IMG/VR virus record: IMGVR_UViG_3300027792_000011 | Strand: one strand, 5' to 3' | From: a virus | Length of the DNA stretch: 64,000 bases | Notes under the pieces: model-generated | The model's database searches: none | Told to the model about the DNA's origin: nothing | What the model saw: the letters and a program-made list of their open reading frames with translations, nothing else | Position numbers and translations under genes: made by a program | Part shown: positions 39,306 to 49,492 of the stretch, one piece after another | How the letters are laid out: each line of letters opens with the position of its first letter | Position numbering within the stretch: the stretch's first letter is position 1

Positions 39306-40733
39306 ATGGGACAATCTCTTTCCAGACTGATCGAAGCCGCGCTCCTTGACGGCAACACCGGAGTGATGGAGAAGATCGCTCAGGAGGCCGAAGGCGAAAC
39401 AGCCGAGCACGAGAAGTGTGAAGAGTGCGGAAAGGCTGCTGTCGCTGGATCGAAGTTCTGCAAGGAGTGCGCATCCAATAAGGCCCGATCGGAAGAGAAG
39501 GCCAGTGGAATGAGTGAGGGAGAAGGTAGCGAGAAGACCTCTTCCGCCCGGATCGAAAAGCTCGCCTCGGCGGTGGAGTTCATCCGGGATAACTTCCTCT
39601 CGATCCAAATGCCCGTAGGTCGGGTGAAGATGGCGGCTGATACCCCAGCCGATGTCGGACCCGGTCAGGGCGCAAATGCACTGGAGACCAATCTCAAGAA
39701 AGTGACTCCAGGAGAAGCTCCAGAAGGATTCGGTGAGGCCAAGGCAAAGAAGCCGGCCATGACCGTTCCTCTGGAAGTTGGAGCGTCGCCAAACGCAGCG
39801 GCGACTGCAATCCAGACCGACGCCAACAATCCTCCAGGTGGACCAGGTGAGCAACCTCAGATGATCCAAACTGGCGGTACTGGTGGCGACAAGCCGCAAG
39901 CCAAGACTGCCAGCGTGAACCGAATCATGAATGCCATGATGAAGTCAGCGGCTACTGACGAAGAGATCGCAGCCATCCGCAGAGAAAGAAAGTCAGGAGC
40001 TTTGCTAGGTGGTGCCCTCGGTGGTGCTGCCCATGGGGCAGTAGCTGGGGGTGCTTATGGTGGTGGTCTACCTGGGGTACTTCTAGGGGGCGTTGGTGGT
40101 GCCGCCGGCGGCGCCCTTGGTGGTGCTGCCTACGAATCCGATTGGGGTAGGCGCCATCCGATTGCCAGGCATGCGGTGCCCATCATGCTTCTGGGTGGCC
40201 CAGTGGGCCACGCTGGCGCTCTAATCGGTGCCCATATGGCAGGCGATGAGCCAGAAAAAACAGCGGCAGATGATCAGGGCGAAGATCACAAGACGCTCGC
40301 CCCAAGAACGATGGATGCCACCACACCGGAAGACAAGCCCTCTGGTGTGGAACGCCCAGCAGAGGTCACCTCCCAAGAGAAGCATATCTCTTCGTCAGAA
40401 GCAGCGATCAATATGACGAAGCGAGAAGGCAAGGAGGTTCCGAAGAAGCGAATGGGCGATATCCTGAGTGAGCCGATGCTTGCAGCATCGACCGACTCAA
40501 CGCTTGGAAAAGCATTGGGACCTCAGGTAGTCAATCAGGCTGGTGCCAAGATCGCTGCGGCACAAGCCCGAGTCCTTTTGCAGAAAGTCGCATCGCAGAA
40601 ATGCACCTGCAATAATGCAGGCTCATGCGGATTCTGCAAGATCGCTTCAAAGATGGACCAGAAGCACACGAAGCAGGCTGGAGCTTTGTGGGAAGCTGGT
40701 CGCAACCCGAGCACCCGCGCTCGGTCGGTGTAG
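39306..40733 (+). CDS. scaffold/core-like polyprotein with ~12 K-x-A sites and Gly-zipper insert
   Basis: SD GGGAGG; EKIAQ, EKLAS, VKMAA, AKTAS, MKSAA, EKTAA, AKIAA, QKVAS, CKIAS, TKQAG. Confidence 0.7.
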   Translation: MGQSLSRLIEAALLDGNTGVMEKIAQEAEGETAEHEKCEECGKAAVAGSKFCKECASNKARSEEKASGMSEGEGSEKTSSARIEKLASAVEFIRDNFLSIQMPVGRVKMAADTPADVGPGQGANALETNLKKVTPGEAPEGFGEAKAKKPAMTVPLEVGASPNAAATAIQTDANNPPGGPGEQPQMIQTGGTGGDKPQAKTASVNRIMNAMMKSAATDEEIAAIRRERKSGALLGGALGGAAHGAVAGGAYGGGLPGVLLGGVGGAAGGALGGAAYESDWGRRHPIARHAVPIMLLGGPVGHAGALIGAHMAGDEPEKTAADDQGEDHKTLAPRTMDATTPEDKPSGVERPAEVTSQEKHISSSEAAINMTKREGKEVPKKRMGDILSEPMLAASTDSTLGKALGPQVVNQAGAKIAAAQARVLLQKVASQKCTCNNAGSCGFCKIASKMDQKHTKQAGALWEAGRNPSTRARSV

Positions 40734-40741
40734 GAGGCGCC

Positions 40742-41119
40742 ATGAAAAAGCTGAGTGCACAGAACGTGGTTGCCATCCTCTCCGAGGTACCCACTGCTCT
40801 TCGTAAGCTTGCATCAGAGCGAGACGGCTGGAAGGCCCGAGCAGCAAAGGCTGAGAGCCGGATTGCCGAGTACGAGCGAAGAGAGCAGGTCGAGAAGGTT
40901 GCAGCAATGATCATGGAGAAGAACCTGAGCAAGGGTCAGACCATGGACGAGCTGCGAACTACTCTCATGCAGAAAGCTGCTGAGGGAAAGCTCGGAGTGG
41001 TGGCCGAGGCAGTCAACATGACCGCACGGTCCAATCCACTTGGGTATCTGGGCGAGGACCGAACGACCGGCGGCAGTGGCCATGCTGAGTCAGCGTTCGA
41101 GAACGCTATTCTTGGCTGA
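40742..41119 (+). CDS. scaffold-like coiled-coil protein
   Basis: SD GGAGG; LRKLAS, VEKVAA; just upstream of decoration/capsid genes. Confidence 0.7.
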   Translation: MKKLSAQNVVAILSEVPTALRKLASERDGWKARAAKAESRIAEYERREQVEKVAAMIMEKNLSKGQTMDELRTTLMQKAAEGKLGVVAEAVNMTARSNPLGYLGEDRTTGGSGHAESAFENAILG

Positions 41120-41167
41120 AGCCTGGGTGAACGAACAAGGAACCTGAACCGAAAGGGAGAATGATCG

Positions 41168-41644
41168 ATGCCGTACGAGGCAACATTCCGTCTGCTCACT
41201 CCCGTGGCACTGGTGGAGAGGAAAGACTTCGTCATTTCCGATAGGAAGCTGCTCGAATTCGACAGCATCACTCCAGTTCCGTTGCTCATGGGTGAGTGGT
41301 GTACGCTCAATTCCGTCTACAAGCTCGACAGGGCAGCAAACCCTGGCGTGCCTCCTGGCCCATGGTGTCTCTTTGCGGAGCTCGGACGATCCGATACGCA
41401 AGGAATCGCCGAAGGCAAGGCTCCAGTGCTGTTCCACAACAGCTACTGGGCGGAAACCAAGATCTTCGCAGGGCACCCAGTGCTTGGTGCTGCTCTGGAA
41501 GTTGCGAACGTAACGTACCCGGCCGGCGTGACCCGGTCTGGTCTTCAAACCCATGGTGTTGGTACCAACCCCATTATCGGTTACGTGACGAAGGTCGATA
41601 CCGATAACGGTGGATGGCTCCAGTTCCAGCAGTGCATGTACTAG
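41168..41644 (+). CDS. probable head decoration/cement protein
   Basis: small beta-rich protein immediately before the capsid gene. Confidence 0.55.
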   Translation: MPYEATFRLLTPVALVERKDFVISDRKLLEFDSITPVPLLMGEWCTLNSVYKLDRAANPGVPPGPWCLFAELGRSDTQGIAEGKAPVLFHNSYWAETKIFAGHPVLGAALEVANVTYPAGVTRSGLQTHGVGTNPIIGYVTKVDTDNGGWLQFQQCMY

Positions 41645-41665
41645 AGGGAAAGGAGGAACAGAACA

Positions 41666-42796
41666 ATGACAACGAGAGCTCAAGTCCTGAACGACCTGTT
41701 CGTCCAGAACCTCGATAGCTACGAAGGCAAGGAGAAGGTCGCACAAGCTGGTGGTACCTTCATCCGAGATCGTCTTCGTGAAGTCGCGTTCTCCAGGCAG
41801 GTCATCCCGCCCGAGAACGTCACCAAAGCCGACTGCCAGCGCAGCACGCGGCACGACACCTTGGTCAAGATCATCGACGTGGAACCCCAGAGCAAAGCGA
41901 TGGCGATCACATTCCGTGGTCAGCCAAATGCTCGCTTCGTTCGAGGTTCTCGTGCGGAGATCCCCTTCTTCACCATTTCGTCAGAGAAGTTCGAGAAGGT
42001 GGAGCAGGAGCTGCTTGCCTACGAGATGCCGATCACTCGCATCATCGAAGACAACAGCGTGAAGGACATCCAAGAGATCGAAGACCGAGAGTTCTTGTTG
42101 CACATCGAAGCGGCTGTCCAGGCCATGCAGGCGGACGCAAACGGTGTTGCTGCTGCTCCGGCTCTCAACAACGCTGCCATCAATGGCGCCACTCCTCCGA
42201 AAGAGTTCTCAGTCCGCAAGGGCGAGCTCTGTCGGCAGGTTGGTGTGGCTGACAACTCGTACATCTGGCCGCTTCAGAGACCTGACCTGGTCAATATGCA
42301 CAAGCTGCTGGATGGGAACCGCTTGAGGGCTGAGAAGATCCTCATGACGGAATACGACTTCGACGACCTCAACCAGTGGACCGTTGAGGACTTCGGCTCG
42401 AAGCTCGAAGGTGAGACGGCTGTAGACGGTTACAAGTACTCCACGCTGCTCGGTCGTGCGTTCGTCCGAACGATCAAAACCGACATTCTGCGTCCGGGGA
42501 ACTTGTACGTCTTCACGTCTCCAGAGTTCTTGGGCAAGTTCTACGTCCTCAACAACACGAAGTTCTACATCGACAAGATCGCGAATCTCATCACGTGGCA
42601 ATCGTGGGAAGACATCGCAATGTCGATCGTGAACATTGCTTCGGTTCGCAAGATGGAGCTCTACTCCGGTGATGCGACGGCGCACAATACGGATTCGATC
42701 CGTACTGACGTCACGCCGAAGGACGAGGCCGATCTCGGAGCCGTGAACAACCGAGTCGATGCCGGCTTGGTGTTCCCACAGGTGAAGGTCTACTAG
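41666..42796 (+). CDS. major capsid protein
   Basis: 376 aa, strong SD, strong codon bias, follows protease/scaffold genes, terminator downstream; IQEIEDREFL spine-helix-like segment. Confidence 0.75.
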   Translation: MTTRAQVLNDLFVQNLDSYEGKEKVAQAGGTFIRDRLREVAFSRQVIPPENVTKADCQRSTRHDTLVKIIDVEPQSKAMAITFRGQPNARFVRGSRAEIPFFTISSEKFEKVEQELLAYEMPITRIIEDNSVKDIQEIEDREFLLHIEAAVQAMQADANGVAAAPALNNAAINGATPPKEFSVRKGELCRQVGVADNSYIWPLQRPDLVNMHKLLDGNRLRAEKILMTEYDFDDLNQWTVEDFGSKLEGETAVDGYKYSTLLGRAFVRTIKTDILRPGNLYVFTSPEFLGKFYVLNNTKFYIDKIANLITWQSWEDIAMSIVNIASVRKMELYSGDATAHNTDSIRTDVTPKDEADLGAVNNRVDAGLVFPQVKVY

Positions 42797-42830
42797 ATCC
42801 GCGCCTGCGCTGATCTTCGCGCTACTATTG

Positions 42831-42870
42831 AAGGGCGCGGCGTCAATCACCGGCGCCGCGCCCTTTGCTT
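42831..42870 (+). terminator. intrinsic terminator after capsid gene
   Basis: AAGGGCGCGGCG/CGCCGCGCCCTT stem + TGCTT. Confidence 0.75.
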
Positions 42871-42885
42871 CTCAGGAGGTTGATC

Positions 42886-43377
42886 GTGAGCGGAGTGTAC
42901 ATAGTAAAGAACATGTCGCGGGATATCCGAGCCAGGACCTCTCGAGTTCTTTCTCCTGGTCGTGGTGGGACGATCCAGCGTATCTGCGGTGGACGTATTC
43001 GGTTGGGTCGAGGTGACAGCGCAGTTCTGGGCGAAGATCAGCTCAAGGCCAACTACGATGAGCTGGCACGGCTTCAGAATCGTGGAGTGATCGAAGTCAG
43101 ATTCGGGAGCAGAAAAGGCCCCCTTGTATCTTTCAAAGACTACGATCACCAACCGGAAGTTGAAGTTGCCAAAACAGAGTCGTCGACGCCCCCACCTACT
43201 TCAGAAGAGACAGTTGATGACAATGTGTTGATCGAGATCGAAGAGACTGAACCAGAGAAGCCACTCGACAAGATGAACAAGCAGGAACTGATCCTCTACG
43301 CAGCAGAAGTGCTGGGGGAGAAGCCTGAAGAGTTGGAGCTGCTCACCAAGAAGCAGATTCTGGAGAAGCTTTCATGA
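42886..43377 (+). CDS. protein with C-terminal Rho-N/HeH-like domain
   Basis: SD AGGAGG before GTG; LDKMNKQELILYA...LTKKQILEKL. Confidence 0.6.
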   Translation: MSGVYIVKNMSRDIRARTSRVLSPGRGGTIQRICGGRIRLGRGDSAVLGEDQLKANYDELARLQNRGVIEVRFGSRKGPLVSFKDYDHQPEVEVAKTESSTPPPTSEETVDDNVLIEIEETEPEKPLDKMNKQELILYAAEVLGEKPEELELLTKKQILEKLS

Positions 43378-43667
43378 TCATATACAACCTCACGGATAGG
43401 ACTCCCCCGTGGGAGAAAACACCAAGAACAGCGCAGTCGATGAAGCTATTTGGTAAGCTGATCCCGGCTGGCGAGTTCATGGAGTTTTCGAGTTTTCCCC
43501 TCCGTGCGGTGACTGGTCTCATCAGTTCCCATACGATCAGTGTGGACAATCTTCCTGAGTGGTATCAGAAGATCGGATCCGACAAGAGGATGATGGAATC
43601 TGAAACGCCAGTGGTAGTTGAAGAGAGTCCAAAGAAGCGTTCTCGTAGGATCAGGGACGATCGATGA
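43374..43667 (+). CDS. hypothetical protein
   Basis: coupled ORF. Confidence 0.65.
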   Translation: MIIYNLTDRTPPWEKTPRTAQSMKLFGKLIPAGEFMEFSSFPLRAVTGLISSHTISVDNLPEWYQKIGSDKRMMESETPVVVEESPKKRSRRIRDDR

Positions 43668-44185
43668 CAACTCTTCAGGGCATGGATAACCCTCTGATAC
43701 CGGGGGCTACACAAACGTTCAATGTCTTCGTATCGCAGACACGTTTGTTCATGCGAGACTTTCCAGAACTGAATCGACTGGTAGCTGGCGAAGAGTCGAG
43801 CGATAGGATGATCGCGTTTGCGGCTACGGAGGCTATGAGCGACTTCAACTCAGAGCCTCCACATCTGGGTTTCTACACCTTCGACATGTTCGTGTCGAAA
43901 GGGTGGATACATCCTTTGCGGATTGGTACCATCAATGAACTTCTGCACATGGTTGGATTGCTTCAGACCAGGAACCATCTACCCTTTTCGGATGGCGGGC
44001 TCAACGTTGCTGTGAGCGACAAGACCCCTCTACTCCAGAGCTGGATCCAACTCTTCGGTGCGAAGTGGGAGAATTGGAAGCAGAAGACGAAGGTCGCGCA
44101 GAACATCTCCGGCATTCTCACTGGAGCAGGTGGTGTGTCTAGCGAACTGTTCGCCGTAAATGGATATTTTGGGACATACTATTGA
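43664..44185 (+). CDS. probable head-tail adaptor
   Basis: position after capsid gene; helical, RLFMRD.P..N.L, FSDGG.NV. Confidence 0.5.
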   Translation: MTTLQGMDNPLIPGATQTFNVFVSQTRLFMRDFPELNRLVAGEESSDRMIAFAATEAMSDFNSEPPHLGFYTFDMFVSKGWIHPLRIGTINELLHMVGLLQTRNHLPFSDGGLNVAVSDKTPLLQSWIQLFGAKWENWKQKTKVAQNISGILTGAGGVSSELFAVNGYFGTYY

Positions 44186-44212
44186 GTGATTTCAATAGGT
44201 TAGAGGTAGATC

Positions 44213-44683
44213 ATGGCAACTTGGAGAATCTGGAGATTCCGTACAGATCAGGACTTGTACGATACGCTGAACGGTGCGGTCGGCAGCGAAGTTGATGCCG
44301 AGAAGGGTCTTGATCTAGATGGCAAAACGCTCATCATCAATGTCGGTGGCGCCGGTGACAGAACTGTCAATTTCGCTCCGGCGTTGTCCAGGAAATGGAC
44401 CCCAGAGGAAGTAGTTGCCAAGATCAGTGCAGCACATGCCGACTTGACTGGCATTCCGAAATTGGTGCGAGAACCGGGAACAAGAGCTGGAATGAACCCC
44501 ACGTACCTTCGTCTCGTGAAGGATACTGGAGCCGTCATTACAGTTAGATCGACTGGAACTGCCAATGCTCTATTCGGTTATTCTATTACAGCTGACACGG
44601 TTGGGGTGCCCTATACCTTCAACGACGTGAAGTCTGTCTATATGAACGATAACAAGACCTGGTACGCAGTGACGTACAAGTAG
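44213..44683 (+). CDS. structural protein (beta-rich)
   Basis: resembles the inserted domains of the sheath (LDGKTLIINV...T..EVVAKI...GTANALFG). Confidence 0.55.
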   Translation: MATWRIWRFRTDQDLYDTLNGAVGSEVDAEKGLDLDGKTLIINVGGAGDRTVNFAPALSRKWTPEEVVAKISAAHADLTGIPKLVREPGTRAGMNPTYLRLVKDTGAVITVRSTGTANALFGYSITADTVGVPYTFNDVKSVYMNDNKTWYAVTYK

Positions 44684-44693
44684 GAGCAAGATC

Positions 44694-46550
44694 ATGTCTC
44701 ACACATTTGACAGTATGCTCAAAGAAGCTACCGCGCTGCCGTGGGCAATGGGCGCACGTCTCATGGTCGAGCTCCGCAGCACGGTCAGAATTCCTGAAGA
44801 GCCGAGGATGACCAAGTCTGCAGCTGCTGGTCTTGTGAAGATAGCACGCATTTGCAAGATGGCTCAGACTCCTGAAGAGGCGCAGCAAACCGTTCAGCAA
44901 CAAGCCATGGTCGATCCAAATGTCGTACAGGCTTTGGACTACCAGCAGGCGGAGAGTGAACGGCAGGCTATGATGGCCAAGATCCAAGAGCTGCAGATGG
45001 CTACTGAGGCCGCGCAGGCTCAGGCTCAGATGGCCGATCAGCAAGCTCAGGCTGCTACGCAACAGCAGGAGCAGTTGATGATGCAGGCACAGCAGGCCAA
45101 GCAAGAGCAGGTCAATGCTGTGATGGAGTCGATGCAGGCCAAGGATCAGACTCTCCAGGTCCAGGTATCTTCTCAGCAGCATCGTCAACAAGTTGCTCAG
45201 TTTGCCCAGCAGATGGCTGATCAACTCAAGCAACTAGCTACTACGAGTCCTGAAGAGCAACAGATGCAGGAGCAGGCCGCTGCTGAACAAGAACAGCAAC
45301 AGCAGGCGGCGATGCAGCAACAGCAGCAGGGACAAGAGCAGCCAGTAAAGAAGAAGACGAAGCAACAGCAGCAAGAAGCCCAGAACTCCCAGGAGAACGC
45401 ACAGAAGCAAACAGCACAAGCTGAGCAGGCAACTGCACAAGATCAGCAAGAGATGCAGGGAATGCAGGCTCAAGCCCAGCAACCACAACAGCCCCAAGTA
45501 CCTCCAATGGGAGGTCAACCGAAGATGGGATCAGCGAAGCTGCAGAAGATCGCTGCTAGGTTCAAGTTCGCTCGTATTCGGAAACAGGCTCAGTTCTCTG
45601 GCACCAATGAGGGGTACGGAGAGAGCCAAGGAGGATCGGGACAGCAGGGGATGTTCTCCTACTCCTCGATGGGGAAGAGAGAATCTCTTCCAGCAAAGCA
45701 GTTTGCGGCTTTGAGATCAAAGGTGAAGAAGCGAGAAGGTACAGGAAAGAGTAAGACTGGATCAGCAGAAGCTCAGGTTATTGGTATCGAGCTTGGCGTA
45801 GATTGGTCCAGGGCAAACTTCACACCCGCTGATCTCGCTAAAGGTATGAAGATCGAAGAGGAGCACGGATCGAAAGACTCTCGTGAGACTGCCAAAGTCG
45901 CTATCGATCACCTTCGAGAACGTGGAGACTACTACGATCTTCTAGCGAAGAAGGTTGAAGAAGCTCCCAAGACGGATGGCGGGGAATCAGCAGCCAAGGA
46001 GAAGCAAGAGCAACAGCAGGAAAAGCAAGGATCATTTGATCATAGAAGAGCCATGATGATCGCTCAACGAGTCAGGTTGATCAAAGAAGGTCAGCTAAAA
46101 AAAGTGTGTAGGGACTCTGCTGATATTGCGGAGTCCCACCAACTTCAACTCGTGAAGAGTGCTGCGAAGATGAAACTTCCAGTAGTAGAGAGTGGTGCGC
46201 ACAGACTCGGTAGGGCTGGTGCCTACGCAGCTCTTGGAGCAGCTCTTGGAGCTGCCTACGAGAAGTCGCGGCTACGGGCTCATGAGAAGAAGGTTGGACT
46301 TGACAAACCAACTCAAAAAGAGATTGATCTTGCTGGCAAGCTAGTGGGTGCCAAGGAGTTGGCCAAGAGGGAGCCAACTTACGCAAACAAGCTCCGTATT
46401 CATAACATCAAGTATAAGATCGACATGGAGAGGTTGGGGCGGGAACATCCGAATAGAGCAGCTTTGAGAGGAGCTGGTTTGGGTGCGCTTGGTGGTTTCG
46501 CGCTAGGGCCATTCGTTCACAGAGTAGCTGGAAAGATCATCAAGAGATAG
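44694..46550 (+). CDS. Gln-rich modular protein with DUF5661-like and Gly-zipper modules separated by K-x-A/K-x-G sites
   Basis: Q-rich coiled coil; KGMKIEEEH...AIDHLRE..DYY motif; LKEAT, TKSAA, VKIAR, CKMAQ, QKIAA, RKQAQ, VKSAA. Confidence 0.7.
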   Translation: MSHTFDSMLKEATALPWAMGARLMVELRSTVRIPEEPRMTKSAAAGLVKIARICKMAQTPEEAQQTVQQQAMVDPNVVQALDYQQAESERQAMMAKIQELQMATEAAQAQAQMADQQAQAATQQQEQLMMQAQQAKQEQVNAVMESMQAKDQTLQVQVSSQQHRQQVAQFAQQMADQLKQLATTSPEEQQMQEQAAAEQEQQQQAAMQQQQQGQEQPVKKKTKQQQQEAQNSQENAQKQTAQAEQATAQDQQEMQGMQAQAQQPQQPQVPPMGGQPKMGSAKLQKIAARFKFARIRKQAQFSGTNEGYGESQGGSGQQGMFSYSSMGKRESLPAKQFAALRSKVKKREGTGKSKTGSAEAQVIGIELGVDWSRANFTPADLAKGMKIEEEHGSKDSRETAKVAIDHLRERGDYYDLLAKKVEEAPKTDGGESAAKEKQEQQQEKQGSFDHRRAMMIAQRVRLIKEGQLKKVCRDSADIAESHQLQLVKSAAKMKLPVVESGAHRLGRAGAYAALGAALGAAYEKSRLRAHEKKVGLDKPTQKEIDLAGKLVGAKELAKREPTYANKLRIHNIKYKIDMERLGREHPNRAALRGAGLGALGGFALGPFVHRVAGKIIKR

Positions 46551-46554
46551 GGGA

Positions 46555-48018
46555 TTGAACATGCTAGATATGTTGCAGAAGCAGGCATCACAGGTCAAAA
46601 CAGCAGCAGACCAATTCAGAGATCTGATGCACAATCTAGACAAGCTAGCATTCAAACCTGATCCATTCCGTAGGATGGAAGGTATGGATCCCCTGCTAGC
46701 TGTCCGTGAGTACGATTCTCCGGTATACGTGCGGCATAGGACAACTCCAGGTGGAGTTGACGAGCTGCTCTCCGAACCACCGAAGAAGACAGTAGCCGAG
46801 ACCAATCGTCTCACGAGTGAAGCACAGGAACCTCCTCAACCGTCAGAGGATGGAAACGACAGTAGATCGGTTGCGAAAGACAACAAGTCGCTTGGAACGG
46901 TTGGCTATACTTGGGAGCAGAACAAGAAACCGGAGACCGTTCCAGATCTTGCTTCCATGAAAGTTCCAGGAACTGGTGGGACTGCTGCGCCCCAACCCAG
47001 TATACCGAAATCAGCAAGTAGATCTCGTATACAGAATGTGTTTGATCAAGATCTGATGGATCTAGTAAAGATGGGACTTGCTGGTCCAGCTCCTGTGATG
47101 GCCGGAAGTCCGACAATGTCACCAGCTATGAAAAATAAGCCGGTGATCGCAACTACTCCTACTCCTGACAAAGGCGCTCAAGCACCAGCAAAGAAGAAAC
47201 TACCAGGTTGGGTACTTCCAGCTGGAATAGCTGCTGGTGCCTTGGGGGTAGTAGGTCTTGGCGCCCTTGCTGGTAGATCAGCTAGAAAGTCCTTTGCTAG
47301 AGAGTTCGGTGGAGGCGGTGGAGGTCGTGCAGCTGCTGAGCACTATACATGGAACATTGGCGGTAAGGCTGGCAAGGGATCATGGGAGGACTACACCAAA
47401 GCCCGTCAGGCTCATCAGGCTGAGCGAGATACCTACTGGGCTGGGCAAAAGGCGAAAGCCGATGCCGATTTTGCTGCGTCAAGAGAGGCTCATAGAAAAG
47501 CCTATGAGGAAGGACGAGCTGCGCACCAGGCGAAAGAAAAAGCTAGGAGTGAACAGAAAACCAGTTGGGAAGACAAATGGGAGGATTTCAATAAGAGGTG
47601 GGGAAGAGGCGGATCAGAGTGGGGAGAAAGGACTCACTCCGGAAGAGCTGGAGGAGGTCAAGCTGGGTGGGGAAGTGGGGGAGCAGCTGTACCACACGAG
47701 GCGGATAGAGTCTGGGAAGAGACTAGAAAAGCTACGCAAGAAGCTGCAAACGAAGCCGCGAAAAGAGGTGAAGCCGCCAATCGTGACATGCCAACTAGAG
47801 AAGAAATGGCTGAAGCATTTCGTTTTTATGGACTTGATCTGAAAACCCATAAGAGAGCAGATGTCATCAAGAAGCACAAAGAGATCGTAAAAAAGTATCA
47901 CACAGACAAAGCCGGCGGAGGAAGCAGAGAAGAAGTGGCTAAGGCTAATACCATGTTTGAGAGACTGAAGAAGATCAGTTCTCTCAAACTTGTATACGAT
48001 CTGGGAATGGTTCGCTAG
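46555..48018 (+). CDS. modular protein with TM helix and C-terminal J-like domain (HTD)
   Basis: QKQAS, VKTAA, PKSAS; WVLPAGIAAGALGVVGLGALAG; AFRFYGL...VIKKHKEIVKKYHTDK.GG..EE..KAN. Confidence 0.7.
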   Translation: MNMLDMLQKQASQVKTAADQFRDLMHNLDKLAFKPDPFRRMEGMDPLLAVREYDSPVYVRHRTTPGGVDELLSEPPKKTVAETNRLTSEAQEPPQPSEDGNDSRSVAKDNKSLGTVGYTWEQNKKPETVPDLASMKVPGTGGTAAPQPSIPKSASRSRIQNVFDQDLMDLVKMGLAGPAPVMAGSPTMSPAMKNKPVIATTPTPDKGAQAPAKKKLPGWVLPAGIAAGALGVVGLGALAGRSARKSFAREFGGGGGGRAAAEHYTWNIGGKAGKGSWEDYTKARQAHQAERDTYWAGQKAKADADFAASREAHRKAYEEGRAAHQAKEKARSEQKTSWEDKWEDFNKRWGRGGSEWGERTHSGRAGGGQAGWGSGGAAVPHEADRVWEETRKATQEAANEAAKRGEAANRDMPTREEMAEAFRFYGLDLKTHKRADVIKKHKEIVKKYHTDKAGGGSREEVAKANTMFERLKKISSLKLVYDLGMVR

Positions 48019-48902
48019 TGCTCAACGTTGTCAACGTTCAGGTAAAGTCACTCGAACTGGATCACCTCGATGTGTACTGGGAGATCTCAGACTCATCGGA
48101 GGATGCTTGGGACTACACCTTCACCGTTGAGCGCAGTGAGTCTGCTATGGGTCCGTTTGATCAGGCAAGCGAGCCATTCTCCGACAAGTACTACTTCCGA
48201 GATTCCATCGTGAACCTCTACAGCAGGTGGAGGCAGCTCTGGTACAGGATCAAGGTCACCAGTAAGCTAACCAGTGAGTTCGTCTATAGTGCGTCAGCTA
48301 CTCAAGAACCAAGACCGTCTCTTGATGCCATTGAAGTACGTAGGCTCGAGCTCATTGCGTTTAGAGAGCACATCGGACGGCTAGTGTGGATCTTTCCAGT
48401 ACGTACCTTTGGGCAGCGATGCCCAGACTGCTACGACAAGAGAACTGGCAATCGTCGTAGATCACAGTGTCCAACCTGTTTCAGTACTACATACGTTCGT
48501 GGGTATCTGGATCCTATCGCGACGTATCTGCAAATCGATCCAAGTCCTAAGCATGTTGAGATGCTGCAGGTGGCTAAGACTGAGCAGTCGAACACTACGG
48601 GAAGGACACCCTACTTCCCGCCACTGAAGCCGAAAGATATAATCGTAGAAGCTGAGAATAGAAGGTGGAGGATTGAGAGGGTAAGTACTACGCAGCGTTT
48701 GAGGGCGGTCCTGCACCATGAGGTGGTGCTGCATGAGATCCCAAGAGCGGACATCGAATATTCGATTCCGATCAACATAGATGATCTCAGAAGATTGGAG
48801 CCCAGTCCGCAGCGTGAGTTCACGAACCCTCACAACCTTGAGAGCTTGGATGGAGCCGAGTTCATCAACAACCTTCTAACAGGACACGGTTTTGGAACAT
48901 GA
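48018..48902 (+). CDS. neck/head-closure-like protein (FN3-like N-terminus, Cys cluster)
   Basis: VYWE...VERSES..GPF...YRIK; RCPDC...CPTC; KDIIVE..NRRWRI. Confidence 0.5.
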   Translation: MLNVVNVQVKSLELDHLDVYWEISDSSEDAWDYTFTVERSESAMGPFDQASEPFSDKYYFRDSIVNLYSRWRQLWYRIKVTSKLTSEFVYSASATQEPRPSLDAIEVRRLELIAFREHIGRLVWIFPVRTFGQRCPDCYDKRTGNRRRSQCPTCFSTTYVRGYLDPIATYLQIDPSPKHVEMLQVAKTEQSNTTGRTPYFPPLKPKDIIVEAENRRWRIERVSTTQRLRAVLHHEVVLHEIPRADIEYSIPINIDDLRRLEPSPQREFTNPHNLESLDGAEFINNLLTGHGFGT

Positions 48903-49492
48903 TCAATTTTGCATCATTTAGTGACGAGCTGCAGAAGATTGCTGCTGAGCCTATTGTGGCTGATCCGATCAATAAAGAAGAACTAGTACGTCACTATCAG
49001 CAACTCGGCCGTATAGGTGGTGGAGTGGGTGGTGCTGCTCTTGGTGGTGGCGGGCTTGGACTACTCGGATCTAGAATTGCTGGAATACCTGGTGCCGTAG
49101 TTGGTGGCACAGTTGGTGCACTTGGTGGCGGTTACCTTGGTGGGAAGTACGTTGGTAGAGCTGCCAAAGGAATAGCTATGGGAACGCCTGAAGATGTATT
49201 CCAGGCACGTGCAAATCTTGATCATGCGGAGGACTTGTACGAACGTGGAGAGTTGGGAGATAAGGATCGTCTGCGAGCCACATTGATCGCGTCCAACGCC
49301 GCCAGAAAGGCTCACGGAAGAAAACCTCTAGAGTCTGACTTTCTATCTCGTGATCGACCAGGATCTTACGTAGTGGAAGGTAGAGATGTCGCGGTCAATC
49401 CTTATGGTATTTCTTACGCAGATCCATATGGATATAGACCGGGACCGGCACAAGTGACTTCTAGATATCGAAGAGTTCCTATGAGCGAGTAA
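48899..49492 (+). CDS. tagged Gly-zipper candidate cargo protein
   Basis: N-terminal FSDELQKIAA; GGAALGGGGLGLLG...GGTVGALGGG. Confidence 0.72.
   Translation: MINFASFSDELQKIAAEPIVADPINKEELVRHYQQLGRIGGGVGGAALGGGGLGLLGSRIAGIPGAVVGGTVGALGGGYLGGKYVGRAAKGIAMGTPEDVFQARANLDHAEDLYERGELGDKDRLRATLIASNAARKAHGRKPLESDFLSRDRPGSYVVEGRDVAVNPYGISYADPYGYRPGPAQVTSRYRRVPMSE

Noticed and set aside
44860-45500. CAG-rich stretch as a DNA microsatellite or contingency locus
   Set aside because: Imperfect, mixed CAG/CAA codons encoding a Gln-rich coiled coil.
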